A DNA stretch of 64,000 nucleotides from the NCBI GenBank assembly GCA_963817905.1, contig CAWFPS010000001.1:131647-195646 (forward strand). The letters are read 5' to 3'. The translations under genes were made by a program, and so were the position numbers. The DNA comes from an uncultured Solirubrobacterales bacterium. Its GTDB lineage: Bacteria > Actinomycetota > Thermoleophilia > Solirubrobacterales > 70-9. Below the pieces are notes generated by a model. It saw only the letters and a program-made list of their open reading frames with translations, made no database searches and was not told the origin of the DNA. This document shows positions 1-8,935 of this stretch, in pieces (within the stretch, counting starts at the first letter, position 1; the number at the start of each line of letters is the position of its first letter).

Positions 1-236
1 CTGAGCACCGCGCCGTTTGTCGAGACCGTTTTGGAGCCGGAGGGGGTCAGGGAAATCCCGGCGGGCACACCGGTGTTGGTCGCGTCGGGGTAGCCGCAGG
101 CGCTTGGATTTGGCAGGCAGGCGGCCACGGCACCGCTGGCGAAAACGGTGAGGAAGGAAAGCCCTGTAAGGGCGAGGAGAACGGCCAGGCCTGCCAAGTT
201 CGGCAGACCTTCAACCCTTTTCGCCAACCTGCGCAC
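1..236 (-). CDS. secreted beta-helix-type protein, N-terminal part (partial, continues past left edge)
   Basis: The minus-strand translation reads (V)RRLAKRVEGLPNLAGLAVLLALTGLSFLTVFASGAVAACLPNPSACGYPDATNTGVPAGISLTPSGSKTVSTNGAVL. That is a signal peptide followed by the same CGYPD(A/E)TNTG...SGS.TVS opening seen at 296-1267 and in the C-terminal domain of 35450-37747. The ORF is too short and truncated to appear in the ORF track. The start is GTG 236 or TTG 227. Confidence 0.6.
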   Translation of the reverse strand, partial: MRRLAKRVEGLPNLAGLAVLLALTGLSFLTVFASGAVAACLPNPSACGYPDATNTGVPAGISLTPSGSKTVSTNGAVL

Positions 237-295
237 GTACAAGCAAAGATACCCAGAATTGCTTAGGGCAAACCGGATTGGGCCATTTTTCGGCC

Positions 296-1267
296 CTAGC
301 AAGAGCCTGCTGGGCAGGCCGGTCGCAGGTTGTCGTCCCACACGTTGCGGCGCCAGACCTGTCCCCGTCCCCGGAAGTAGTAGGCGGCGATGCCGTAGTA
401 GCCGCCGTGGGGAAACAGGCCGCTGGCGTCGGGGCCGCCGGTGCAGGAGGTGCCGCCGGACGCTCCTTCGTAGACGGCGGGGGTGGCGCAGCGGGCAAAG
501 CGGTTGCCGACGACGCGCATCGTGCCGGTCCTGCCGTTGCTGTTGGCCTGCGGGTAGAGGACGAAGCCGCCGCCGGCAAGGAGGCTGTTGGTGACGACGA
601 ACCTGTTACCGCCGCAACCGGCATCGCCGAACACGGTTGCGGTCTGGGAGTGCCTGTTGACCAGGGTGCTGCGGCCGACGTTGACGCTGCTGCCGCAGAC
701 GTAGATGGCCTCGTCGTGAGACCCAGGGTAGGCGGCGTCGACCACCATGTAGTCGTTGCGGAAGGTTCCGGCACCCTCCCAGCAGTCGGCGCAGCGATGG
801 AAGTAGACGCGGGTCGCGCTCGCGCCGGAGTTGTCGTAGTGGTTCCAGACCGCTGACTCGAGGCCGCCACGGCGATTCCGGGGCCCGCGCACCTCGCTGT
901 TGCGGATTGTGAAGTCATCGGCTCCCTCGTTGAGGATCACGGCATAGCTGCCCTCGCCACCGGCGGGCTGGACGATGCGGCTGTTTTCGATCGTCACGCC
1001 GTCGGCGTCGACGGTCACCGAGCCGTTGATCCGCAGACCGTCGAGCGTGGTGCCGTCGTCGCTCACGGTGATCGACCCGGAAGGGCTCAGCGCTATTCCG
1101 GCTGGGACGCCGGTGTTGGTCGCGTCGGGGTAGCCGCACCTGCTGGGGCGGGGGAAGCAATCGGCCCGGTGTCCGTGCCCGTGGCCCTGGCTCGGGGTCG
1201 CCAGCGAGGCAAGCAGCCCGAGCATGACCTGCACCGCGGCCCAGAGGGAGTCGCCGCCGCCGCTCAA
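296..1267 (-). CDS. secreted right-handed beta-helix-like protein (pectate-lyase-fold type; polysaccharide-acting enzyme candidate)
   Basis: This is part of ORF 296..1399. A hydrophobic leader (LWAAVQVMLGLLASLA) is followed by a GHGHGH stretch. The rest, from CGYPDATNTG to NVWDDNL, is colinear with residues about 490-765 of the 35450-37747 product (shared motifs TATVFGD, VTNSLLAGGG, YPQANS, NVWDDNL). The start is uncertain. TTG 1267 overlaps the upstream TGA (TTGA); GTG 1234 and ATG 1225 are alternatives. Confidence 0.7.
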   Translation of the reverse strand: MSGGGDSLWAAVQVMLGLLASLATPSQGHGHGHRADCFPRPSRCGYPDATNTGVPAGIALSPSGSITVSDDGTTLDGLRINGSVTVDADGVTIENSRIVQPAGGEGSYAVILNEGADDFTIRNSEVRGPRNRRGGLESAVWNHYDNSGASATRVYFHRCADCWEGAGTFRNDYMVVDAAYPGSHDEAIYVCGSSVNVGRSTLVNRHSQTATVFGDAGCGGNRFVVTNSLLAGGGFVLYPQANSNGRTGTMRVVGNRFARCATPAVYEGASGGTSCTGGPDASGLFPHGGYYGIAAYYFRGRGQVWRRNVWDDNLRPACPAGSC

Positions 1268-2886
1268 CCTGCGGCGCTCCGAACCAGGGGGCGGAGGCGG
1301 TCGCGCGCCTCTGTGGCGGCCCGGCGGACCACTGGCCAGGGATGGGGGCGCGGCGATGCAACGGCGGTCGGGTTGATCGGAGTGCCGGGTGCGAGCCACA
1401 GCTCTACCCCCCCTGGCGCGATGCGCACCGGCGTATCGAAGGGAAAAACCCCGCTCCGCTGCGCGTTATCCCCGGATGGCGAGGCAAAGGAACCGCGGAG
1501 GGTGTTCTGGGCGTCGAGGGAGCAGCCGACGAAGTTCTGATCGACTTCGGCGGGCGACTCGACGACGAGCGAGTCGGCCTCGTCGGGCACGGACACCCGC
1601 AGTCGGTGAGAGTACGGGCGGAGCCGGAGGGTGCCCTCGCGTAGCGAGGTGGTGAGGTTGGTGGCGGCGATCTCGCCCAGGCCCGACCAGCGCACCGTTC
1701 CCAGGCGATTGACCACGGCTGCCTGTTCGGCGAGCAGGTCGAGACCGTCGGCGAGGTCCCCGTGGTGGCCGTAGAGGACCAAGGGCTGATCGAGATAGGC
1801 GCGCAGGGCTATCTCGCCGGCGCCGACGGTCAGCGGCAGGCGCGGGATCACCGCGCAGCCGGCGGCGAACTCGGCCGGTCCCCAGCCGGCGAGGGGGCGG
1901 TTGGCGGGCGGCTGCTCGCTCCAGGGCAGCGGGTGGATCGCGCAGAGTGCGTCGAAACCGAGTGGGCCCAGGGCGCGGGCCACCGTTGCCGCGCACATCC
2001 CGTGCGGTGCCGTCATCACCCGGTCGAGGCGCAGGTTGTATCGCGACTCGAAGCGGCTGGCGCGGCGCAGCGCCTGGGCGAGGATCGAGACGGCCTGTTC
2101 GTCGCTTCGCACCCGCATCAGCTCGCGTGTCACATGGTCGTTGCCGTGGAATGCGAGTGAGAGCCGGTCCGGCCGGCGCCGAAAGAGCTCGACCGTGTCC
2201 CCGTGTTGGCGGCCACTGTCGAGCGGAATCATCGCCATCGAGGCGTGGTAGTCGTGGGCGTCGGCGTGGGCCAGCAACTCGCCGTAGTCGATGAAGCCGT
2301 AGGTGCGCCAGCGCAGGTTCGGGTCGTCGAAGAGAATCGCGGCGCGAAGCGGCGGCGGACGGTAGGCCCGGAGAGTGGGGAGGCGCCGCAGAAACTCGAC
2401 CAGGGCGATCATTGCGAGAGGACGCTGGTCGAGCAGGTCGCGCAGGGTCCGCGGCGACTCAAGCTCGGGGAGGGAGGAGGCGACCTTCCAGGTCGCGAAC
2501 GAGCCCCGCGTCACCGTCCAGACGGCTCGCGAGCCGCTGGTGGCGAGTGGCCGCACTTCACCACCGGTCGATTCCAGGGCGGGACCGTCGAGCGGGTCAA
2601 GGACCGAGATGCCGGCGATCCGGCGATCTGCCGGGTCGTGGTCGCCGAACCGGACCGCTCGGGGCGCGGCGCCCTCCTTTGGCGTGGCGCCGATACGGAG
2701 CAACGGTCGCTCCTCCTCGACCGGGTCGCCGCCGAGTGCGATCACCGCCTTGGCCTCGCCGTCCCCGGCAGCGGTGAAATTGACCGCAAAAGCGTCTTCC
2801 AAGGTGGCGAAGAGCCGCGGCCTTGCACGCAGCTCCGCCTCCGGGCGAACCGCAACCGTCGTTCTTCGCGCCCGGCCTGTCTGCAT
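1264..2886 (-). CDS. hypothetical protein, possible NodB/CE4-like polysaccharide deacetylase fold
   Basis: This is a 540-aa ORF with protein-like composition. LFDDPNL and HGNDH resemble the DD and HxxxH metal motifs of CE4 deacetylases. The functional call is weak. Confidence 0.5.
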   Translation of the reverse strand: MQTGRARRTTVAVRPEAELRARPRLFATLEDAFAVNFTAAGDGEAKAVIALGGDPVEEERPLLRIGATPKEGAAPRAVRFGDHDPADRRIAGISVLDPLDGPALESTGGEVRPLATSGSRAVWTVTRGSFATWKVASSLPELESPRTLRDLLDQRPLAMIALVEFLRRLPTLRAYRPPPLRAAILFDDPNLRWRTYGFIDYGELLAHADAHDYHASMAMIPLDSGRQHGDTVELFRRRPDRLSLAFHGNDHVTRELMRVRSDEQAVSILAQALRRASRFESRYNLRLDRVMTAPHGMCAATVARALGPLGFDALCAIHPLPWSEQPPANRPLAGWGPAEFAAGCAVIPRLPLTVGAGEIALRAYLDQPLVLYGHHGDLADGLDLLAEQAAVVNRLGTVRWSGLGEIAATNLTTSLREGTLRLRPYSHRLRVSVPDEADSLVVESPAEVDQNFVGCSLDAQNTLRGSFASPSGDNAQRSGVFPFDTPVRIAPGGVELWLAPGTPINPTAVASPRPHPWPVVRRAATEARDRLRPLVRSAAG

Positions 2887-2987
2887 GCACTTGGGTCAAC
2901 GTGCGTCGCCGTGGCCTTCTTCTGAGCATCGCTAACCCGCGCAAGATCGTCAGCGTGCTGTCCGTTTATCTCGCAGTGCAGCTGGGA

Positions 2988-3749
2988 ATGCACATGCGCG
3001 AGCTCTGGGGTCAGAAGGCTGGCTTGGCGATCGCCGTGACGCTTGCCCTGGTGGCGGCGCTGCGCGTCCTTTACTCGATCGGCATCGTCCCACCCCGCCT
3101 CGAGCACAACTCGCAGGGGGTGGCCAGCGCCTCGACCCAGCTAGTCATCGACACGCCGCGCTCCTCGGTCATCGATCTGCGCTCGGACACCTACAGTTTC
3201 ACCGGCCTGACCAACCGCGCCCTACTGCTCGGCAACGTGATGGCGAGCCCGCCGGTGCGCGAGTACATCGCCCGGCGAGCCGGAGTACCGGCGACCGCGA
3301 TCCTGATCTCGGCGCCGCTAACGCCCGAACAGCCGCGCGTCGTCGCCGACGGCGCCCATCAGCCGAAAACCTCCGACATCCTCCGCTCGCCCGACGAATA
3401 CCGGCTCAGTGTGCAGGCGAACCCGACCGTCCCCGTACTCGATATCTACGCCGAGGCGCCCGACGGGGCAGCAGCCGGCAAGCTCGCCAACGCCTCGGTG
3501 GAAGGGCTTCGCGACTACCTGAGCGCCCTTGCCAGCGAGCACGACACGCCGCGGGCCAAGCAGGTGAAGCTGGTCCAGCTCGGTCGGGCAAGTGGCGGCA
3601 CGATCGATTCGGGCGCGGGCCTCAAGCTGGCGGTCCTGGTTTTCATCTTCGTCTTTGCGATCGCCTCCGCTGCGGTGCTGTTTATCGCCCGCGTGCGCCG
3701 CGGCTGGTCTGCCTCGGAGGGCACGGGCGTGCCGCTGCGAACGGGCTGA
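2988..3749 (+). CDS. PCP/Wzz-like bitopic membrane protein (paralog 1)
   Basis: An N-terminal TM segment (LAIAVTLALVAALRVLY) and a C-terminal TM segment (LKLAVLVFIFVFAIASAAVLFIARVRRGW) flank a soluble domain. The motifs PVLDIYAEAP..LANASV and ARVRRGW are shared with the N-terminal third of the 8879-11074 product. ATG 2988 was chosen inside ORF 2823..3749. Confidence 0.6.
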   Translation: MHMRELWGQKAGLAIAVTLALVAALRVLYSIGIVPPRLEHNSQGVASASTQLVIDTPRSSVIDLRSDTYSFTGLTNRALLLGNVMASPPVREYIARRAGVPATAILISAPLTPEQPRVVADGAHQPKTSDILRSPDEYRLSVQANPTVPVLDIYAEAPDGAAAGKLANASVEGLRDYLSALASEHDTPRAKQVKLVQLGRASGGTIDSGAGLKLAVLVFIFVFAIASAAVLFIARVRRGWSASEGTGVPLRTG

Positions 3750-3752
3750 GCG

Positions 3753-4505
3753 ATGGAGTCGGTCACCATTCTGCGGGCACTTTCGCGGAGGCGCCTACTG
3801 CTCGCGCTCGGCCTGCTGCTCGTGCTCTGCGTCGACCTGCTGGGGTCCTATCGCGTCTCGATCTTGCCGCCGGCACTGCACAGCGCGACGTCGCGTAGCG
3901 GGTTTGCCTCGCAGCGGGTGCTGGTTAACACGCCCAGCTCGCTGATCGCCGACGCCAGGGCGAAAGGCGCGACCTCGATCGTGATCCGGGCGACGATTCT
4001 CGCCGACCTGATCGAATCGGACGATGTGCGGTCGGCGATCGCGCGCGAGGCCGGGGTCCGACCCGAGGCGGTCGGGACGATCGCCTCGACCACGGCCTCG
4101 CCGCAGACCGAATCGCCGCTGGCCAAACAGGTGCTCGAAGTAACGCGTCCGGCCGAGCCCTATGTGGTGAGCGTCGGCCTGCAGGCCGGCCAGCCGATCC
4201 TCTCGATTCAGGCGATCGCCCCCGGTGCCCGTGACGCCGGGCGACTGGTGCAGGCGACGACCGCGGCGCTCACCGCCGCCGGGCGCCGGGCCGCGTTGGC
4301 GCGAGGCCCGGTCGCGGTTGAGCCCGTCGGTTCGGTACAGAGCGGCGTCGAGGAAGCGGGTGGGGGCAAGAAGAAGGCGGCTCTGGCCGCGCTCGCGATT
4401 CTCGTCCTCTGGTGCGCTGCCCTGGTCGGGGCAGATGGCCTTGCCCGCCGTCGCGGCGCCGCTGCGGGCGCAAGCTTTCCCGGTGGCATCTCGTTGCCTC
4501 GGTAG
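3753..4505 (+). CDS. PCP/Wzz-like bitopic membrane protein (paralog 2)
   Basis: It has the same architecture as the upstream gene: an N-terminal TM segment (LLLALGLLLVLCVDLL) and a C-terminal TM segment (AALAALAILVLWCAALVG). It begins 3 nt after the upstream gene ends. Confidence 0.55.
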   Translation: MESVTILRALSRRRLLLALGLLLVLCVDLLGSYRVSILPPALHSATSRSGFASQRVLVNTPSSLIADARAKGATSIVIRATILADLIESDDVRSAIAREAGVRPEAVGTIASTTASPQTESPLAKQVLEVTRPAEPYVVSVGLQAGQPILSIQAIAPGARDAGRLVQATTAALTAAGRRAALARGPVAVEPVGSVQSGVEEAGGGKKKAALAALAILVLWCAALVGADGLARRRGAAAGASFPGGISLPR

Positions 4506-4508
4506 ACG

Positions 4509-5696
4509 ATGCCCGAGACCGCGCTGAGAGCCAGTGGGGCGCGCGCGGAGCGCGACCCGGTTGGGACGAGGACACCGCTCGTCAAGGTGATCGTGCCCTG
4601 TTACAACTACGCCGAGTACCTGCCCGAGTGCGTCGCGAGCGTGCTCGATCAGGCCGGGGTCGAGGTGCGGGTCCTGATCGTCGACGACTGCTCGCCGGAT
4701 GAGACTCCGGCGGTGGGGCGGCGCCTTGCTGCCACTGACGCGCGAATCGAGTTCAGGCGCCACGAGCGCAACCTGGGCCTGATCGCGACCGCCAACGAGG
4801 GGCTCGAGTGGGCGGCCGACGGCGATTACGTGGTGATCATCTCCGCCGATGACATGCTCGTCGCCGGCTCGCTGCAGCGAGCGACCAGCGTGATGGAGGA
4901 AAATCCCGAGGTCGGCCTTGCCTACGGGCGGGCGGTCCAGTTCGCCTCCGGTCGGCCGCTGCCCGATCGCGGCAGAGCCTGGGCGGGGAGCAGGATCTGG
5001 TCCGACGAGGGTTGGATTCGCCTGCCGCTGCCGCGCTCCGACCGCTGGCGGGGGACGAAGATCTGGAGCGGGGAAGACTGGATCCGGATTCGCTGTCGCT
5101 CCGGTCACGGCTGCATCTCCTCGCCGGAGGCGGTTGTGCGCACCTCGGTCCAGCGCCAGGTCGGTTCCTATGACGAGGCCGCCGGCCACATGAGCGAGGT
5201 CAACATGTGGCTGCGGATCGCAGCGGTCTCCGACGTCGCCTACCTCAAGGGCATCGGTCAGGCCCTCTACCGGATCCACACCGAGAGCATGTCGCGGACG
5301 ATGCTCACCGACGCCTCCGGGCCGCTGGTTGAAATTACCGACCGCAGGACCGCCTTCGAGAGCTTCTTCGACGGCGCCGGAAAGCGCCTCCCCGACGCCA
5401 CCGCCCTACATGAGACGGTCTCACGCACGCTCGCCAGGCAGGCGCTCTGGCGCGCCAGCCGCTTCTATGACCAGGGGATCGTCGGCAAGGGGGGAGGCGC
5501 GGCCGAGGACCTGGTCGCTTTCGCCCTGCTCGCCTACCCTCGTGCGCGCCGCCTGCCGGAGTGGTGGGGGATGCGCCTGCGGCGCCGGATCGGGGCCGGG
5601 CGCAGCCTCTGGTTCCCGCTCTTCCCGCTCACTGGCGCTGCCCACCGCTTGCGCGCTCACTACAACCGCTTCCGCCTCCATGCGCGCGGGATCTAG
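4509..5696 (+). CDS. family 2 glycosyltransferase
   Basis: VIVPCYNYAEYLPECVASVLDQ...VLIVDDCSPDET...ISADD is the classic GT-A/GT2 N-terminal domain with a DxD-type motif. Confidence 0.85.
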   Translation: MPETALRASGARAERDPVGTRTPLVKVIVPCYNYAEYLPECVASVLDQAGVEVRVLIVDDCSPDETPAVGRRLAATDARIEFRRHERNLGLIATANEGLEWAADGDYVVIISADDMLVAGSLQRATSVMEENPEVGLAYGRAVQFASGRPLPDRGRAWAGSRIWSDEGWIRLPLPRSDRWRGTKIWSGEDWIRIRCRSGHGCISSPEAVVRTSVQRQVGSYDEAAGHMSEVNMWLRIAAVSDVAYLKGIGQALYRIHTESMSRTMLTDASGPLVEITDRRTAFESFFDGAGKRLPDATALHETVSRTLARQALWRASRFYDQGIVGKGGGAAEDLVAFALLAYPRARRLPEWWGMRLRRRIGAGRSLWFPLFPLTGAAHRLRAHYNRFRLHARGI

Positions 5697-6279
5697 CCGA
5701 TACGGCAGGGAGCGCATCGCCAGAACGGCCGGCGGCATTGCCCAGGCGCCCCGAATCTGGAAGTACCGGCTGCTCTCCTCCTGTCGCCCCGCGGGCGGGT
5801 CGCCGCGCATCCTGCAGCCCGTCCTGTTCAGCGGCTCCGGTGAGATCAGGCTGGGGGAGGGGGTGCAGTTCGGCTGGCCGGACTCACCCCTCTTCTACAG
5901 CGGCTACTGCTACGTCGAGGCGAGCGGCGAAGCGGCCAGGATCGAGGTCGGCGACCGCACCGAGTTCAATAACAACCTGATGATCAAGTGCGAGGGGGCC
6001 GGTATCCGGATCGGCCGCGACGGGCTCTTCGGCGCCCATGTCGAGATCTTCGACAGCGACTTCCACGACCTTCATCCCGAACGGCGCAAGACCGGCGCCG
6101 CCCGGGTCGCGCCGGTGGAGATTGGCGACAACGTCTTCGTCGGCATGGCCGCCCGCATCCTCAAGGGGGTCACGATCGGCTCCGACGCCGTGATCGGCGC
6201 CGGCTCGGTGGTAACCGGCGCGATCCCGGCCGGCGTCGTCGCCGCGGGTAATCCGGCCAGGGTGGTGCGCGAGCTGTGA
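5680..6279 (+). CDS. hexapeptide-repeat (LbH) acetyltransferase
   Basis: The C-terminal part of ORF 5329..6279 reads IEVGDRTEFNNNLMIKCEGAGIRIGRDGLFGAHVEIFDSDFH...IGDNVFVGMAARILKGVTIGSDAVIGAGSVVTGAIPAGVVAAGNPARVV. The start (ATG 5680, a 17-nt overlap with the GT2) is approximate. Confidence 0.8.
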   Translation: MRAGSSRYGRERIARTAGGIAQAPRIWKYRLLSSCRPAGGSPRILQPVLFSGSGEIRLGEGVQFGWPDSPLFYSGYCYVEASGEAARIEVGDRTEFNNNLMIKCEGAGIRIGRDGLFGAHVEIFDSDFHDLHPERRKTGAARVAPVEIGDNVFVGMAARILKGVTIGSDAVIGAGSVVTGAIPAGVVAAGNPARVVREL

Positions 6280-7844
6280 GCGATCCCGGCCGGATACCGC
6301 CGCCTGCGGAGACGATCGAGAGCCAGGGCGTCGATGACGTCCTCTCCAATGAGGACCTGACCCAGGCCGCCGCCGCCGGACTGCGCTGGATCGCCTACGC
6401 GCGGATGGCGATCGAGGTCCTGCTGTTCGCGACGATGGTGGTGCTGGCGCGGATGATCCCGCCAGCGGCGTTCGGAATCTTCGCCGTGGTCACAATCGTC
6501 CAGGAGCTGGCGCTGATGATGCCAATGGAGGGGATCGGCGGGGCACTGGTGCAGCGAGGCTCGATCGACCGTGACCACCTGCGCGGCGGGCTCACCCTGA
6601 GCACGGCGCTCAGCTTCCTGCTTGCCGCCGTTACCGTGCTGGTCGCGATCATTGTGGTCAACCCCCTGTTCGGTCACCAGACCGAGATGCTGACGATCGC
6701 GACGACGCCCTACTTCCTGCTCGGCGCCGTTCACGCGGTGCCGATGGCGGTGCTGCGCCGTCGGCTCGACTTCCGCCGCCTCAGCGTCATCGACCTCTCG
6801 CTGAACGCGACCCGGGCGTTCGCCACGCTGGCCCTGGCCCTGCTCGGCCTCAACGCCTCGGCCCTGGTCTTTGGCAGCATGCTCGGGATGGCGGTGGCGC
6901 TCTGCCTGGCGCTCGCCTTCGCCCCCGTGCCGCTTCCCGCCTGGCGGCCGAAGGCGATGCGCGAGCTGCTCCCCTACGGCGGGCCGGCAGCGCTGGCGAC
7001 GATCTCCTGGACCGGCTTTCGTAACGGCGACTACGCGATCATCGGCTCTGTCCTCGGCCCCGCCCAGGCAGGCTTCTACTGGCGCAGCTACCAGCTCGCG
7101 GTCGAATACCAGGGCAAGGTCGCCAACGCCGTCTCACAGGTCGCCTTCCCAGTCTTGGCCCGCACCGCCGGAACCGAGGAGCTGTTGGTCCTGCGCCAGC
7201 GCATGGTGCGGTTGCTCACCGTGCTCGTCTTTCCCCTGTTGACCCTGCTGGTCGTCCTGGCGCCGGTGGCGATCCCCTGGCTTTTCGGCCCCAACTGGGA
7301 GCCGGCCGTGGTGCCGACGCAGATCCTTGTCGCCGGCGGGGCCGCGACGCTGGCGATCAACACCTGCGGCTCGGCCCTCATGGCGGCCGGCCGGGCCAGG
7401 GCGCTGCTCGGCTACGGGGTCGCGCACTTCATCGTCTACGCGGGGTCGGTGCTGGCGGTGGCCCAGCTCGGGATCGCGGCGGTGGCGATCGCCGGCTCTG
7501 CCGTGCACGGCCTCTTCCTGCTCGTTGCCTACTACGTGCTGTTGCGCGACCGGGACGAGAGCCCGGCCCGGGTGCTCTGGCACGACCTCGCTCCGGCGCT
7601 CACCGCATGTGCGGCCCTGCTCGCGGTGGCGGTTCCGGTTGACCGCGGGCTGGTGGCGGTCGGTGCCCCGATGCTGCCGCTGATGGCCGGCGTGGGTCTT
7701 GCCGGCGGCGCGGCGTACCTACTCTCGCTGCGCGTTCTCTTCCCGGCCAGCGCCGGTGACCTGGCGGCGGCGGTCCGTCGCCTGCTGCCCGCCCGTTTCA
7801 ATCTCGGCCGCCGCATCGGGCCGGCGGTGGCGGCGGAGTCGTGA
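6276..7844 (+). CDS. Wzx-type polysaccharide flippase (MOP superfamily)
   Basis: This is a 522-aa protein that is hydrophobic throughout, with roughly 12-14 TM segments. Its length and position in the cluster are typical of a flippase. The GTG start overlaps the upstream TGA (GTGA). Confidence 0.75.
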   Translation: MSDPGRIPPPAETIESQGVDDVLSNEDLTQAAAAGLRWIAYARMAIEVLLFATMVVLARMIPPAAFGIFAVVTIVQELALMMPMEGIGGALVQRGSIDRDHLRGGLTLSTALSFLLAAVTVLVAIIVVNPLFGHQTEMLTIATTPYFLLGAVHAVPMAVLRRRLDFRRLSVIDLSLNATRAFATLALALLGLNASALVFGSMLGMAVALCLALAFAPVPLPAWRPKAMRELLPYGGPAALATISWTGFRNGDYAIIGSVLGPAQAGFYWRSYQLAVEYQGKVANAVSQVAFPVLARTAGTEELLVLRQRMVRLLTVLVFPLLTLLVVLAPVAIPWLFGPNWEPAVVPTQILVAGGAATLAINTCGSALMAAGRARALLGYGVAHFIVYAGSVLAVAQLGIAAVAIAGSAVHGLFLLVAYYVLLRDRDESPARVLWHDLAPALTACAALLAVAVPVDRGLVAVGAPMLPLMAGVGLAGGAAYLLSLRVLFPASAGDLAAAVRRLLPARFNLGRRIGPAVAAES

Positions 7845-8935
7845 GCAGGATGGGCGCGGCGAAGAGGCTGGCCGATCGGCTCTCGGCATGGCGGGCGCTG
7901 CGCAGGCGGCGGCCGCCCACGATCCGTACGACGACCGGCAGCGAGCTCCCGACGATCTACTACCTCTGCCCGGATTACTCGGTGCCGAGCGGCGGCATCC
8001 GGGCGATCTACCGCCACGTTGACATCCTCAACCGGGCCGGGCTGAGCGCCGCCGTCCTCCACCACCACGACGGCTTCGCATGTCGCTGGTTCGAGCACTC
8101 GACCCGCACCGTCGGCGTGCCGTCAGTGGCGCTTTCGAGCCGGGACATCCTGGTCGTGCCCGAGATCTACGGACCGTTCCTGGGCCGGCTGCCGCGCGAG
8201 CCGCGGCTGGTTGCCTTCAGCCAGAACGCCTACCTCACTTTCGAGCACATGCCGCCGAGAGTCGCGCCGCCGTACGAGCTCTTCGAGGCGGCGATGACCG
8301 TCTCGACCGATAGCGCCGAGTACCTGCGCTTCGCCTTTCCGAACCTCGACACCTCGGTCGTGCCGAACGGAATCGACCCCGCGGTCTTCTACCCGCCCAC
8401 CGCGCGACCAGGCAAGCGGTTGGCGTTGATGCCGCGCAAGCGGCCGAGCGACTCGGACCAAATCATCAGGCTGCTGGGCGAGCGCCTGCGGGGCTGGGAG
8501 ACGGTGAGGATCGAAGGTGCAGGCGAGGCCGAGACCGCGACGCTGCTGCGCTCGGCGCCGATCTTCCTCGCCCTCGGCAGGCAGGAGGGCTTCGGCCTTC
8601 CCGCTGCTGAGGCGATGGCATCGGGTTGCTACACGATCGGGTTCCCCGCCTTCGGTGGCCGCGAGATCTTCGATCCTTCCTGCTCGGTTGCGGTCGAGGA
8701 CGGCGACGTGCTCTCCGCGGCGCGGTCGCTGGCTGAGGCAATGGATCTCTACGAGCGCCAGCCCGAGCAGCTCCGCGCGATGGGCGCTCGAGCCAGCGAG
8801 CGCGTCCATGGTCAGTACTCGCCCGAATTCCAAGAAGAGGCTCTGCTCGCCTTCTACGCCAGGCTCGGCCTTGGCGCATCAGGCGAGGATCGGGACCGAG
8901 GAGTCCGCTTCCGCGGCGGGAGCTTCGTGGGTTGA
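7841..8935 (+). CDS. family 4 (GT-B) glycosyltransferase
   Basis: The motif EGFGLPAAEAMASGCYTIGFPAFGGREIF is the GT1/GT4 EX7E-region signature. There is a GTGA overlap with wzx. Confidence 0.85.
   Translation: MSRMGAAKRLADRLSAWRALRRRRPPTIRTTTGSELPTIYYLCPDYSVPSGGIRAIYRHVDILNRAGLSAAVLHHHDGFACRWFEHSTRTVGVPSVALSSRDILVVPEIYGPFLGRLPREPRLVAFSQNAYLTFEHMPPRVAPPYELFEAAMTVSTDSAEYLRFAFPNLDTSVVPNGIDPAVFYPPTARPGKRLALMPRKRPSDSDQIIRLLGERLRGWETVRIEGAGEAETATLLRSAPIFLALGRQEGFGLPAAEAMASGCYTIGFPAFGGREIFDPSCSVAVEDGDVLSAARSLAEAMDLYERQPEQLRAMGARASERVHGQYSPEFQEEALLAFYARLGLGASGEDRDRGVRFRGGSFVG

Noticed and set aside
4960-5100. Internal near-repeat in the GT2 (GSRIWSDEGWIRL / GTKIWSGEDWIRI)
   Set aside because: It is a short two-copy peptide motif inside an otherwise ordinary C-terminal extension, and I cannot attach significance to it from the sequence alone.
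3795-5279. 494-aa minus-strand ORF
   Set aside because: It is antisense to the PCP-like gene and the GT2. Its composition is Arg/Gly/Pro/Asp-rich with no motifs.
8879-8935. 57-nt convergent overlap of the GT4 and Wzy-fusion 3' ends
   Set aside because: Both C-terminal tails look low-complexity and unconserved, and tail-to-tail overlaps are common in GC-rich genomes. Nothing further supports a regulatory role.
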